DNA of 64,000 bases from Patescibacteria group bacterium (GTDB taxonomy: Bacteria > Patescibacteriota > Patescibacteriia > UBA2591 > JAQWAS01): positions 48,382 to 112,381 of the forward strand of contig JAQWAS010000001.1 in NCBI GenBank assembly GCA_028707495.1, read 5' to 3'. Positions 20,924 to 30,494 of this stretch are shown piece by piece (position 1 is the stretch's first letter; the number at the start of each line of letters is the position of its first letter). Below the pieces are notes generated by a model. It saw only the letters and a program-made list of their open reading frames with translations, was not told the DNA's origin and did no database searches. Made by a program: the position numbers and the translations under genes.

Positions 20924-23900
20924 ATGCATCAATTCAAAATTCAACAGGAGGGAAAAAATAGCAAAAGAGCAATTATTTTTATAGTTGTTTTTACTTTTTT
21001 AAACGTATTTTTAATTTCATCTATTTCGTCTGTTTTGGCTCAGACCCCCATCCAGAGCAAGAATTTGATAAATGGCTTAAGTTTCTCGGGTGATAATTTA
21101 AAACAGATTGCATCTAAATCAATTGAAATAAATAAAGTTCCGGGCATTTTAAAATATACCCCCAAATTGACAAATTTAAATCAAAATTTAAACGAAAGTC
21201 ATTTATTAATTAACAATATTAAAATAGATAAGCAGTCTTGGTCTAGTTTTAAATTAGATGATTATCGTAATTTTAAAGAATATAAAATACAGGGACGAGT
21301 TAATTTAGGAGATTTAGATTATAAAGTTTTTGATATTGCAAATCTTTCCACGGTTGAATCTGTGGTTTTTTCAGGAAAAGTCACGACATTTCCAATTTTA
21401 AAACCTGATGGTCAAAATTATGGTCATGGTTTCGCAAGGGTAATTTTAATTGGTCAAGATGAAAAGGGCAAAATTCGTGAATATGCAGTTTTAGATACTT
21501 CTCATTTTTATGCTGACAAATTTGATAATTCTAAAAATGAATATGATTTTAATATGATTGGGGATGAAGCCTTAGCTCTTCCAGGTTCAATTAAACCCTT
21601 GCATCTCGTTGTTGAGGGTAGTAATGTTGAAGTTAATTTTGAAAAAATTTATTATTCAACAACTAAAACTGGTCTTGATTTTAAGCAAGTTTTAAACGAA
21701 CAAAATGATGCTAAAATTAGAATGATTAACGAAAAAAATGAGAGGTTTGGTTATCACTGGGAAGCGGGGAATACTGGCATTTCACAAGAATCTTATGAGA
21801 TAAAAAAGGCTTATTTAGGAGACACAATGACTGGTCAATATGACTCGGTTAAAGTTTATAAGCCCATGCCAAACGCTGAGATAATTTATTATTCTGGAGG
21901 CGTTTTTTCTTTTGTGCCCATGGGAGAAATGACATATTCTTTACCCTCAAGACATTTAGAAGATTCGGGGTCTGCAATGCTTCCATCTTCTCCAACGGCT
22001 TTGCCGGCTGATTATGATAAAATAGAATTCTCATGGAGAGATGCGCATAACCAAGATTGGACAACATCAGTTAAAACCCAGGTTGGCGCAACGTGTTGGG
22101 CGTACGCAGCCACAGCAGCCCATGAACTAATGGTTAATACTTATTTTGCAAGGCATTTAGATAAAGATTTAAGCGAACAGCAGTTTATATCAAGAGGCGG
22201 AACAACCGACCCCATTTGTGGAGGGCAAGTTAATCCCGCAGAACAGGTTGCTTATACCCGCGGTCAGTTTGATGAGACATGTTTCCCAGCAACGGGTTTA
22301 TCTACAACACCTTGCAGTCCTTGTGCGGATTGGGATACGAGGGCATGGAAATCAACAACATATGAAAATTCAATAAATTACAGAAACCCTGTTGACTTAA
22401 TGAAGGATTTAAGAAGCAACGCAGGTATGGTTTTAGGATTAAACGAATGGAATCACGCAGTTAATCTTGTTGGAGCTGAAATATGGAGAGACGATTCGTC
22501 GCTTATTATGGAATATAAAAATTCCTGGGGCCCAACATGGGGAATTGACGGTTATGGTTATTTGTACGGTCCGATAGATATTGCAGTTTTTAATAAATGG
22601 GGTCACCCTGAAACTGCGGCTACAGGAGCGCCGACAACACAGCTTTGCACTGATGCAGACAGCGATGGTTATTGTTGGTGGGGATTAGGATCTAAACCTT
22701 CAACTGGTTGTCCAACTAGCTGTGCAGGAAACAGTGTTGCTGATTGCGACGATTCAGATGCAAATAAACAAGGCCTAGTTGATGGGTATATTTGTGCTGA
22801 CAATTCGGACGTGATTTCGTCATGTACAACAATTAACTCCCCTGGAACATATTATTTAAGTGGGGACATGTCAGCAAGCGGAAATTGCATTAACATTAAC
22901 AGTGATAATGTAGCTTTAACGTGCAGTGGCGCAACAATCACAGGAACTGGAACAGGAACCGGCATAAAGATTGATTCACAATCTGATGTTAGAATTTATG
23001 ATTGTAATTTAAATAATTTTAATATTGGTGTTGAAATTTTAAACTCAGACGGAGTAATGTTAGCTGATTCAAATGTAAGCAATTCAAATACAGGATTTAA
23101 AATAAACGGAAGTGAAAACGTGGTTGAAAAATATGGAATTTTAACTTCAAACGGAAAAGGTGTTGAATTAATTAATTCAAATAATAATTACATTTATCAA
23201 AACACATTCCAATCAAATACATACGGAATTTATTTAACTAATTCATTAAATAATGAATTTCAGGGAAATGTGATTAAAACATCAAGCAATACAGGATTTT
23301 ATGCAGATAGTGCAAGTGATAATAATGAGGTCGGAAATTTATATGCGTGTAGCTCGTCTGTTAAGGATATTAATGATCAAGGAACAAATGATTATTCTAT
23401 AACTGCGTGCGGTTCAGCCACGGGGACAACTTGCGATTATACATGTTCTGTTGGATGCACCAATTTATATTGGCCGGCAACATATCCAGGGGGAGATGCA
23501 TATTATCCAGAGAGAATTAGAGAGACATCAGAAGAAGGCAAGCATTATTTTATAATTGATGCTTATGGCGGGACAATTAATTTATGCGAAGATGGTTATT
23601 ATCCGTTGGATTATCCAACACAGCAAATCTTACTCGGAACTTACAATGTTGTAGTTGATTTTAAAAATTCAGAATTTGTCGGCAAAACAAGGGATTATGG
23701 CGATTATATTTTTGATCCGGGCGTATATCCGCCTTTTGGAAATTATCCATTAGTCCGCGAGGATTATGATGCTTGGTTTTCAAAAGGAACAATTAAGAAT
23801 ATGAAAATATCAAATGTTTCTACCGGCATAGCGCTGATGGGAACTTCGGGCTCAACAATAACAACCTGGGATAATATTCACTTTGAAAATGTTAAAGTTG

Positions 23901-26900
23901 GTGCTTATGCAAGAAATTTAAAAATAATTAATTCTAAATTTATAAATTGCGATGAATATGGGATTTACCTTTATGATGTGGAAGGAAACCAGTTGATTGT
24001 TGAAAATTCAGAATTTAAAAATATCGGAATTAATGGGATTTACACCAATGCAGTGTCAACAGTACAGGTAGGGGGAACTGGAACAACCGACATTGAAAAA
24101 GGAAATTATTTTGAAAATTGCAATAAAATTTATCTTGGAAGAGGTGATACAACTGGAACTGATAATATTCGGCATAATGTTTTAGTTGATACGGGGCTAG
24201 AAACTGAGCTTGAAAATGTTAATTTTATTAATAATAAAATTTTTAATTCTCCTTATTATGGCTTAAATGTTTCTACCTATTCGGCAGGGACTGTGGCGGT
24301 TCAAAATAATACAGTTTGCGGAAGTATCGGAACAAGAGACATATATGATTCGTCTACCAGAGGAACCTATTTAAACAATGCCTGTGGCTCATCAACACCA
24401 AGTGGATTATGTGTTTTTACTGGCAATACTTATTATCGGGATGTAGATGGTGATGGATATGGAAATCCGGACACAACACAAACAAGAGCATGTCCAACTG
24501 TGGGCTATATTTGGAGAGCTGGTGATTGTGATGATACTGATGTAGATGTTAATCCAGAGGGAGAAGAAGTTTGTGATAATAAAGATAATAACTGTGATGG
24601 GACAACAGACAACATACTAGAAGATTGTGGTTCTGGTGTTTGTATTGGAACTAAATTATGCACTGCCGGGATTTGGGGTGTTTGTTCATCTTCGGGAAAT
24701 GATGCAGGAGTTTGTGCAAAATGTAGTGATACTGGAATTGCAGTTTATGACGGAACGCAAAATATAGATTGTGATGATGGAGCATACTGTAACGGTACAG
24801 AAGTTTGTAGTGCAATTTATACATGTACCGCAGGCACACCGATAAATTGTTCAGTTAACAATTTAGACCCAATTGGAATGTGCATTTGGAATCCAGACGG
24901 AAACCCATTAACCTGGGATTATTTTGCTGGTTTTACATCTGCATGCAATGAAACAACCGATTCATGCACTTCAGGAACAGTTGAATTAACACACACTTGC
25001 GACGTAACTACTTGTGGCGCAGAATGTGACGCAACCCACGAATGTGAAGACAGTTCATGCGAAGAAACATACACCGATTATTGTGATGGTTTAAAATTAA
25101 CAGAATACAATTCAAATCTTATTTTAGATTCAATTTTAATTTCTGATTCATGCGAAAATATGTGTGGAGTAGATTGTGGATGTACCGATTGCGACACGGA
25201 TTGTTCTGCGCCAAGTACGAACACATATTGTGTGAAAGACGTGTGTGGCGCAGTTTGCGATTCGCACGATGATTGTGCGCCAACAGAATGTACACACTTA
25301 AGCGGTTGTGTGGGTAATGATTATTATGAATATTCAAACGTGTCCAATGATTGTACGGGTGGTTGTGCTTGCACAAGCAATGACTGTGGAATACCAATAA
25401 TCTATGAGTTTGATTCAAGATGTGTTGAATGTATGATTGATGACGACTGCAATTCTTATGATGCAGACTATTGTACAGGAAATTCAATCATGCATGATGA
25501 GGGTAGATGTTTAGGGTATGTATGCGAAACTGAAACAACAGAAACGCAAAATTGTAATTTATTAAACAATAATTATTGTTTAGGAACAGACATTATGCAA
25601 GATATTTACACATGTTCATTGGCAGTCTGTGTAATTGATGAAACAAATTTAATTGAAAATTGTAATGATGAATTATATTGTAATGGAGCAGAAACATGCG
25701 CAGATGCAATTTGTACCGCAGGCACACCGATAAATTGTTCAGTTAACAATTTAGACCCAATTGGAATGTGCATTTGGAATCCAGACGGAAACCCATTAAC
25801 CTGGGATTATTTTGCTGGTTTTACATCTGCATGCAATGAAACAACCGATTCATGCACTTCAGGAACAGTTGAATTAACACACACTTGCGACGTAACTACT
25901 TGTGGCGCAGAATGTGACGCAACCCACGAATGTGAAGACAGTTCATGCGAAGAAACATACACCGATTATTGTGATGGTTTAAAATTAACAGAATACAATT
26001 CAAATCTTATTTTAGATTCAATTTTAATTTCTGATTCATGCGAAAATATGTGTGGAGTAGATTGTGGATGTACCGATTGCGACACGGATTGTTCTGCGCC
26101 AAGTACGAACACATATTGTGTGAAAGACGTGTGTGGCGCAGTTTGCGATTCGCACGATGATTGTGCGCCAACAGAATGTACACACTTAAGCGGTTGTGTG
26201 GGTAATGATTATTATGAATATTCAAACGTGTCCAATGATTGTACGGGTGGTTGTGCTTGCACAAGCAATGACTGTGGAATACCAATAATCTATGAGTTTG
26301 ATTCAAGATGTGTTGAATGTGTTGATTTAGATGATGAAGAAACTTTCTTGGGTAGGGTTGTCAGATCGGGCGATTCTTATCTTATAAATGATGATATTAT
26401 GTTATGTTCTGGAACATACAATTTTGACGATACGGCATTAATAGCTAATAGCAATAATTTGATTATTGATTGTAATGATGCGGAATTGATTGGACAAGGG
26501 ATAAGGTCTGGATATTATATTGATAATTATTATGGAATTGAAATTAACAATAAAAATAATGTTATTATTAAAAATTGTCATATTGAAAATTTTATAAAGG
26601 GATCAGTAATTAATAATGTTCAGGGTGTTCAGTTTATTGATAATGAATTTATTAACAATACAGATGCGAGTATCTATGGTGAGATGAGTATTAACGATGT
26701 TTTAATTCAAGGAAATTATATTATTAACGATCCCTTGGCTTCATCAACTTATGGGATTCAATTACAAGATGTTTCTAATTCATTAATTATTGAAAACAAC
26801 GTGAGTCAAAATAGTCTTGGTATTTATCTTGGACCTGATTCTGAAAATAATAATATAACAAACAATTATTTAGAAAATAATTTTAATTCAGGAATTTCAT

Positions 26901-28372
26901 TAACTTTAGCAAATAATAATTTAATTAATGGAAATAATTTAGAAAGCAATAGTAAAGGAATCACTACGAGTTCTTGTTCTAATATTGATATTTACAATAA
27001 CACAAATTTATTTAGTGAAGATGTCGGAATTGAGATTTATCAATCGGATCTTTGTGAGGTAATTAATAATACAATTATTGACTCAGGATTTGGAATTAAG
27101 GTGGAAATGGGAAATGATAATTCTATATTAAATAATAATATAGACGGTTCTATGCAAGGTATCAAAATATCAAGAACGACAAATAATAATATTGAAGATA
27201 ATATAATTGATATTAATGCGGGTTATTTAGAAAACGCTTATAGTATTGATGTTAGTGTGGGAACTGATGAATTATACAATAATTGTAATAATATTATAAA
27301 AAGAAATACGGACTCAGCAGGAAAGCAGATTATTTATTTTAAAAATGATGATGATATTGAATCAATTTTACCCATGATAATAGAACCAATTACAGAACTC
27401 ATATTGTGTAATACAGATGATGTGGTTGTTGATGGTATAGAAATTGATGGAAGTAATATCGATGGTAATACTAATGGTGTGATTATTGAAAGCTCAGATA
27501 ATATCATTTTTAGAAATTCAAACATTATTAATAGTTATATTGGAATTAATATTAGAGAGTCTAAATTTAATTATTTTAATTTAAATCAAATTAATAACAA
27601 TAATTTCGGAATAATATTAACAATGTCAAGTGAAAATATAATTGAAAATAATAATATTTGTGACAATGAATTTGTTGATTTATTGATTGGAGAGGCGAGT
27701 AGCTATAACGATGGTGATAATATTTGCAATGACGTTATTTATGGATCTGGATTAGAATTATATAATACTATTGAATGTTCAACTAGTTGTTCAGAGGCAA
27801 GAGTTAAATTTTTACCACCTTTAGAAAAAATAAAAGATATGTTTGGTATTATTGAAAATAAAATTAAAAAAGTTATAGGTATTAAAGTAAAGCTGGGAAA
27901 TGGCAATGAGACTTCCAATACAAAAATAATAGAAGACAATCAAATCGTAGATGAAAATAATGGAAACATAATTAAACCAAAAACAGAAGATAATTTTGTC
28001 ACTATCAAAGAGGGGGTTAAAATAGAAGGGACAGAAATAATTTTTGAACATCAAGATAACAATGTTGTTTTAGATTTAGAAATTAAAGAGACGACAGAAC
28101 AAGAAAAATTATCAGACGGAGTTGTTGTGATTGAAGAAGAAAATAAAGAAATTAAAGAATCTGAAATTGGTTCGATAATTAAAAATAAAAATGTTGAAAT
28201 AATGCCGATAGAAGTTGTTAAAAAAGAAACAGAAATGGTGGTTGGTGAATTTATGTCAAGTTTTAAAAAAGATATTATTGAAATTAAACCAGAAATAACA
28301 TCGACCGACATTTTAATCACCACTAAAGAGGGCGTTAAAAAAATAGAGGATTTGGAAGTCGATAAGAATTAA
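20924..28372 (+). CDS. giant secreted multidomain protein (2482 aa): signal peptide, papain-like C1 cysteine protease, two parallel beta-helix repeat blocks, Cys-rich metal-binding-like modules, duplicated Cys-rich modules, E/K/I-rich C-terminal region
   Basis: C1 catalytic signatures QVGATCWAYA (Gln/Cys), NHAVNLVG (His), YKNSWGPTWGIDGYGY (Asn/Trp); beta-helix repeats such as NNNYIYQNTFQSNTYGIYLTNS; DVDGDGYGNPD..CDDTDVDVNPEGEEVCDNKDNNCDG. Confidence 0.85.
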   Translation: MHQFKIQQEGKNSKRAIIFIVVFTFLNVFLISSISSVLAQTPIQSKNLINGLSFSGDNLKQIASKSIEINKVPGILKYTPKLTNLNQNLNESHLLINNIKIDKQSWSSFKLDDYRNFKEYKIQGRVNLGDLDYKVFDIANLSTVESVVFSGKVTTFPILKPDGQNYGHGFARVILIGQDEKGKIREYAVLDTSHFYADKFDNSKNEYDFNMIGDEALALPGSIKPLHLVVEGSNVEVNFEKIYYSTTKTGLDFKQVLNEQNDAKIRMINEKNERFGYHWEAGNTGISQESYEIKKAYLGDTMTGQYDSVKVYKPMPNAEIIYYSGGVFSFVPMGEMTYSLPSRHLEDSGSAMLPSSPTALPADYDKIEFSWRDAHNQDWTTSVKTQVGATCWAYAATAAHELMVNTYFARHLDKDLSEQQFISRGGTTDPICGGQVNPAEQVAYTRGQFDETCFPATGLSTTPCSPCADWDTRAWKSTTYENSINYRNPVDLMKDLRSNAGMVLGLNEWNHAVNLVGAEIWRDDSSLIMEYKNSWGPTWGIDGYGYLYGPIDIAVFNKWGHPETAATGAPTTQLCTDADSDGYCWWGLGSKPSTGCPTSCAGNSVADCDDSDANKQGLVDGYICADNSDVISSCTTINSPGTYYLSGDMSASGNCININSDNVALTCSGATITGTGTGTGIKIDSQSDVRIYDCNLNNFNIGVEILNSDGVMLADSNVSNSNTGFKINGSENVVEKYGILTSNGKGVELINSNNNYIYQNTFQSNTYGIYLTNSLNNEFQGNVIKTSSNTGFYADSASDNNEVGNLYACSSSVKDINDQGTNDYSITACGSATGTTCDYTCSVGCTNLYWPATYPGGDAYYPERIRETSEEGKHYFIIDAYGGTINLCEDGYYPLDYPTQQILLGTYNVVVDFKNSEFVGKTRDYGDYIFDPGVYPPFGNYPLVREDYDAWFSKGTIKNMKISNVSTGIALMGTSGSTITTWDNIHFENVKVGAYARNLKIINSKFINCDEYGIYLYDVEGNQLIVENSEFKNIGINGIYTNAVSTVQVGGTGTTDIEKGNYFENCNKIYLGRGDTTGTDNIRHNVLVDTGLETELENVNFINNKIFNSPYYGLNVSTYSAGTVAVQNNTVCGSIGTRDIYDSSTRGTYLNNACGSSTPSGLCVFTGNTYYRDVDGDGYGNPDTTQTRACPTVGYIWRAGDCDDTDVDVNPEGEEVCDNKDNNCDGTTDNILEDCGSGVCIGTKLCTAGIWGVCSSSGNDAGVCAKCSDTGIAVYDGTQNIDCDDGAYCNGTEVCSAIYTCTAGTPINCSVNNLDPIGMCIWNPDGNPLTWDYFAGFTSACNETTDSCTSGTVELTHTCDVTTCGAECDATHECEDSSCEETYTDYCDGLKLTEYNSNLILDSILISDSCENMCGVDCGCTDCDTDCSAPSTNTYCVKDVCGAVCDSHDDCAPTECTHLSGCVGNDYYEYSNVSNDCTGGCACTSNDCGIPIIYEFDSRCVECMIDDDCNSYDADYCTGNSIMHDEGRCLGYVCETETTETQNCNLLNNNYCLGTDIMQDIYTCSLAVCVIDETNLIENCNDELYCNGAETCADAICTAGTPINCSVNNLDPIGMCIWNPDGNPLTWDYFAGFTSACNETTDSCTSGTVELTHTCDVTTCGAECDATHECEDSSCEETYTDYCDGLKLTEYNSNLILDSILISDSCENMCGVDCGCTDCDTDCSAPSTNTYCVKDVCGAVCDSHDDCAPTECTHLSGCVGNDYYEYSNVSNDCTGGCACTSNDCGIPIIYEFDSRCVECVDLDDEETFLGRVVRSGDSYLINDDIMLCSGTYNFDDTALIANSNNLIIDCNDAELIGQGIRSGYYIDNYYGIEINNKNNVIIKNCHIENFIKGSVINNVQGVQFIDNEFINNTDASIYGEMSINDVLIQGNYIINDPLASSTYGIQLQDVSNSLIIENNVSQNSLGIYLGPDSENNNITNNYLENNFNSGISLTLANNNLINGNNLESNSKGITTSSCSNIDIYNNTNLFSEDVGIEIYQSDLCEVINNTIIDSGFGIKVEMGNDNSILNNNIDGSMQGIKISRTTNNNIEDNIIDINAGYLENAYSIDVSVGTDELYNNCNNIIKRNTDSAGKQIIYFKNDDDIESILPMIIEPITELILCNTDDVVVDGIEIDGSNIDGNTNGVIIESSDNIIFRNSNIINSYIGINIRESKFNYFNLNQINNNNFGIILTMSSENIIENNNICDNEFVDLLIGEASSYNDGDNICNDVIYGSGLELYNTIECSTSCSEARVKFLPPLEKIKDMFGIIENKIKKVIGIKVKLGNGNETSNTKIIEDNQIVDENNGNIIKPKTEDNFVTIKEGVKIEGTEIIFEHQDNNVVLDLEIKETTEQEKLSDGVVVIEEENKEIKESEIGSIIKNKNVEIMPIEVVKKETEMVVGEFMSSFKKDIIEIKPEITSTDILITTKEGVKKIEDLEVDKN
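24824..25434 (+). repeat. perfect tandem duplication, copy 1 (611 bp, period 888 bp)
   Basis: Identical at every position I compared to 25712-26322; explains the two identical minus-strand phantom ORFs. Confidence 0.85.
25712..26322 (+). repeat. perfect tandem duplication, copy 2
   Basis: See copy 1. Confidence 0.85.
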
Positions 28373-28485
28373 AATTGTAAATAAAGTTTGGCAAGAATTT
28401 AAATTTATGTTAAGATAAAAGTATCAATTTTAAGTGTGTGGAAAAATAAAATTTATACTTATTAACACATATAATTTTAAAAGGG

Positions 28486-28514
28486 TTGACAAAAAAAAAT
28501 AAATAAATTATCAT
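28486..28514 (+). promoter_or_regulatory. candidate promoter TTGACA-N17-TATCAT for infA-rpmJ-rps operon
   Basis: Consensus -35; weaker -10. Confidence 0.35.
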
Positions 28515-28565
28515 TTAATAAATGTGTAAATGTTTTTTTACATTCAACACATTTTTAATTTTATT

Positions 28566-28799
28566 ATGGTACAAGAAACAACTTCTAAATCCAAAGAATA
28601 TTTAGAGCTAGATGGAGAAATTATTGAACTTTTACCAGCAACCAACTTTGAGATTGAATTAGAAAACGGGCAGACGATTCGAGCTTATTTATCTGGCAAG
28701 ATGAGAATGCATCGTATTCGTTTGGCAGTTGGCGATAAGGTAAAAGTAAAAATTAGTCCATACGATCTAGGAAAAGGTATTATTGTCTATCGTTATTAA
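28566..28799 (+). CDS. infA: translation initiation factor IF-1
   Basis: S1-like fold [47 protein letters not shown]; start at MVQETT. Confidence 0.85.
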   Translation: MVQETTSKSKEYLELDGEIIELLPATNFEIELENGQTIRAYLSGKMRMHRIRLAVGDKVKVKISPYDLGKGIIVYRY

Positions 28800-28809
28800 T
28801 TTAAAATAC

Positions 28810-28923
28810 ATGAAAGTAAGAGCATCAGTTAAAAAAATTTGTAAAGATTGTAAAGTTATTCGACGCCAAGGTCGAGTGTGTGTTGTGTGTAAAAATCCTA
28901 AACACAAGCAACGCCAGAAATAG
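28810..28923 (+). CDS. rpmJ: 50S ribosomal protein L36 (37 aa; not in ORF track)
   Basis: [37 protein letters not shown], canonical L36 zinc ribbon. Confidence 0.85.
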   Translation: MKVRASVKKICKDCKVIRRQGRVCVVCKNPKHKQRQK

Positions 28924-28926
28924 GAA

Positions 28927-28956
28927 CAGTGAGTAGGGAGTAGCGGGTAGGTTGTA
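28927..28956. repeat. left arm of inverted repeat bracketing the four-helix-bundle gene (core gggtaggttgta)
   Basis: 12-bp perfect plus extended imperfect complementarity to 29384-29415. Confidence 0.7.
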
Positions 28957-28999
28957 AAGAAGAGAGAAATGATGAATTTTAAAAATAAAAAATATTATT

Positions 29000-29365
29000 A
29001 TGGAAAACCAAATAAGATCTTATAAAGATTTAATTGTTTGGAAAAAATCCATGGATTTAGTTGAGGCTATTTATAAATTAACACAGAATTTTCCACAGTC
29101 AGAAACTTATGGTTTAGTTTCTCAAATGAGACGGTGTGTTGTTTCCATCCCTTCAAATATTGCTGAAGGATGTAAACGCGGCACTAAAAAAGATTACAGA
29201 CAGTTTTTGATTATAGCCTATAGTTCAGGAGCTGAATTAGAAACTCAAATAGAAATTTCAAAAAGATTAAATTTTACAGAAACAATAAATTATATTAAAG
29301 TAGATGGTTTGTTGGATGAGATTATGCGTATGTTAAATACAATTATTGGCAAATTAAGTATTTAA
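29000..29365 (+). CDS. four-helix-bundle protein (23S rRNA intervening-sequence protein / bAvd-like, TIGR02436 family)
   Basis: YKDLIVWKKSMDLVEAIYKLTQNFPQSETYGLVSQMRRCVVSIPSNIAEG..SSGAELETQ matches the family closely. Confidence 0.75.
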   Translation: MENQIRSYKDLIVWKKSMDLVEAIYKLTQNFPQSETYGLVSQMRRCVVSIPSNIAEGCKRGTKKDYRQFLIIAYSSGAELETQIEISKRLNFTETINYIKVDGLLDEIMRMLNTIIGKLSI

Positions 29366-29383
29366 TTTTTATTACCTAATCAC

Positions 29384-29415
29384 TACAACCTACCCACTAA
29401 TCACTAATCACTAAC
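29384..29415. repeat. right arm of inverted repeat (tacaacctaccc + (actaatc)n)
   Basis: Reverse complement of 28945-28956. Confidence 0.7.
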
Positions 29416-29420
29416 AAAAA

Positions 29421-29810
29421 ATGGCAAGAATCGCAGGTATAAATTTACCACAAAATAAACGAGTTGAAATAGGTTTAACCTATATTTTTGGCATTGGCAA
29501 TGTGACCGCCAATAAAATTTTAAAACAAACCAAAATTGATCCCAGTACTCGGATTAAAGATTTAAATAATGACGAAGTTGAAAGTTTGAGACAGTTGATA
29601 GAAAAAAATTATCGTGTAGAGGGTGATTTAAGACGTGATATAGTTTTTAATATTAAAAGATTAAAAGAAATCAATTGTTATCGTGGCGAGCGACATAAAA
29701 GAAAATTACCAGCAAGAGGTCAAAGAACTAAAACTAATAGTCGCACAGTCCGTGGTAATGTTAGAAGAACTACTGTAAGTGGTCGAGCTAAAGCAGCTCA
29801 AAAAACCTAA
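29421..29810 (+). CDS. rpsM: 30S ribosomal protein S13
   Basis: [23 protein letters not shown]. Confidence 0.9.
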   Translation: MARIAGINLPQNKRVEIGLTYIFGIGNVTANKILKQTKIDPSTRIKDLNNDEVESLRQLIEKNYRVEGDLRRDIVFNIKRLKEINCYRGERHKRKLPARGQRTKTNSRTVRGNVRRTTVSGRAKAAQKT

Positions 29811-29822
29811 AATTTTTAAAAT

Positions 29823-30467
29823 ATGAAACAACAGATTCAAGATCAACAATTAGATAAAGATTTAAATAACGAAGAACAAACTTCAGAAGATTTAGCTGAA
29901 GATGTTAAAGTTGCAGATGCAGTGGACGCGGAGGAACAAGATAAAACAAAAACAGACGCCCAGGGAGAAACGGAAATTAAAGATGAAAAAGTAAAAGAAG
30001 AAGTTAAAGTTGAACAGGAAGTTAAAATTGAACCAGAATACAAAAAATTAAAAGCTCGTAAACGTGGTTCGGGTTCTTATAAAACTAAATTAGGTAAAAA
30101 ACGTAAAAAAGCGCATTTGCCAGTTAAAAGAGGTAAGGCTTATGTTTTCGCAACTTATAACAATACTCATATAACTTTAACTGACTTAGGCGGTAATGTA
30201 ATTGCCTCGGCTTCAGCTGGAGAATGTGGTTTTAAAGGACCAAAAAAAGCGACACCTTATGCTGCGGGTGTAATAGTTAAGACTGCGGTTGATAAAGCAA
30301 AGCAACGAGGCTTTGAAGAGGCGTCAGTATTTGTTAAGGGTGTGGGTTTAGGCCGTGAAGCTGCGGTCCGGAGTTTATATGCTAACGGAGTTAATATAGT
30401 TGCTATTAAAGACATCACTCCAGTGCCACATAACGGTTGTCGACCTAAAAAACCGCGACGCGTTTAA
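29823..30467 (+). CDS. rpsK: 30S ribosomal protein S11 with about 85-aa acidic/lysine-rich N-terminal extension
   Basis: Core AYVFATYNNTHITLTDLGGNVIASASAG..; extension E/K/D low complexity. Confidence 0.85.
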   Translation: MKQQIQDQQLDKDLNNEEQTSEDLAEDVKVADAVDAEEQDKTKTDAQGETEIKDEKVKEEVKVEQEVKIEPEYKKLKARKRGSGSYKTKLGKKRKKAHLPVKRGKAYVFATYNNTHITLTDLGGNVIASASAGECGFKGPKKATPYAAGVIVKTAVDKAKQRGFEEASVFVKGVGLGREAAVRSLYANGVNIVAIKDITPVPHNGCRPKKPRRV

Positions 30468-30494
30468 AAATTAATTTTTAGTTTTAATAAATCA

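Noticed and set aside
25119-26306. Minus-strand ORFs 25119-25487 and 26007-26306 (His/Asn-rich, identical to each other)
   Set aside because: They lie antisense inside the giant gene and are identical only because of the 611-bp tandem duplication; the composition is non-protein-like.
28372-29365. Possible diversity-generating retroelement (giant surface protein followed by a bAvd-like four-helix-bundle gene)
   Set aside because: No reverse transcriptase in the window. The two long repeats in the giant gene are identical rather than differing at adenines (no TR/VR signature). infA and rpmJ separate the two genes. An IVS-type cassette is the better explanation.
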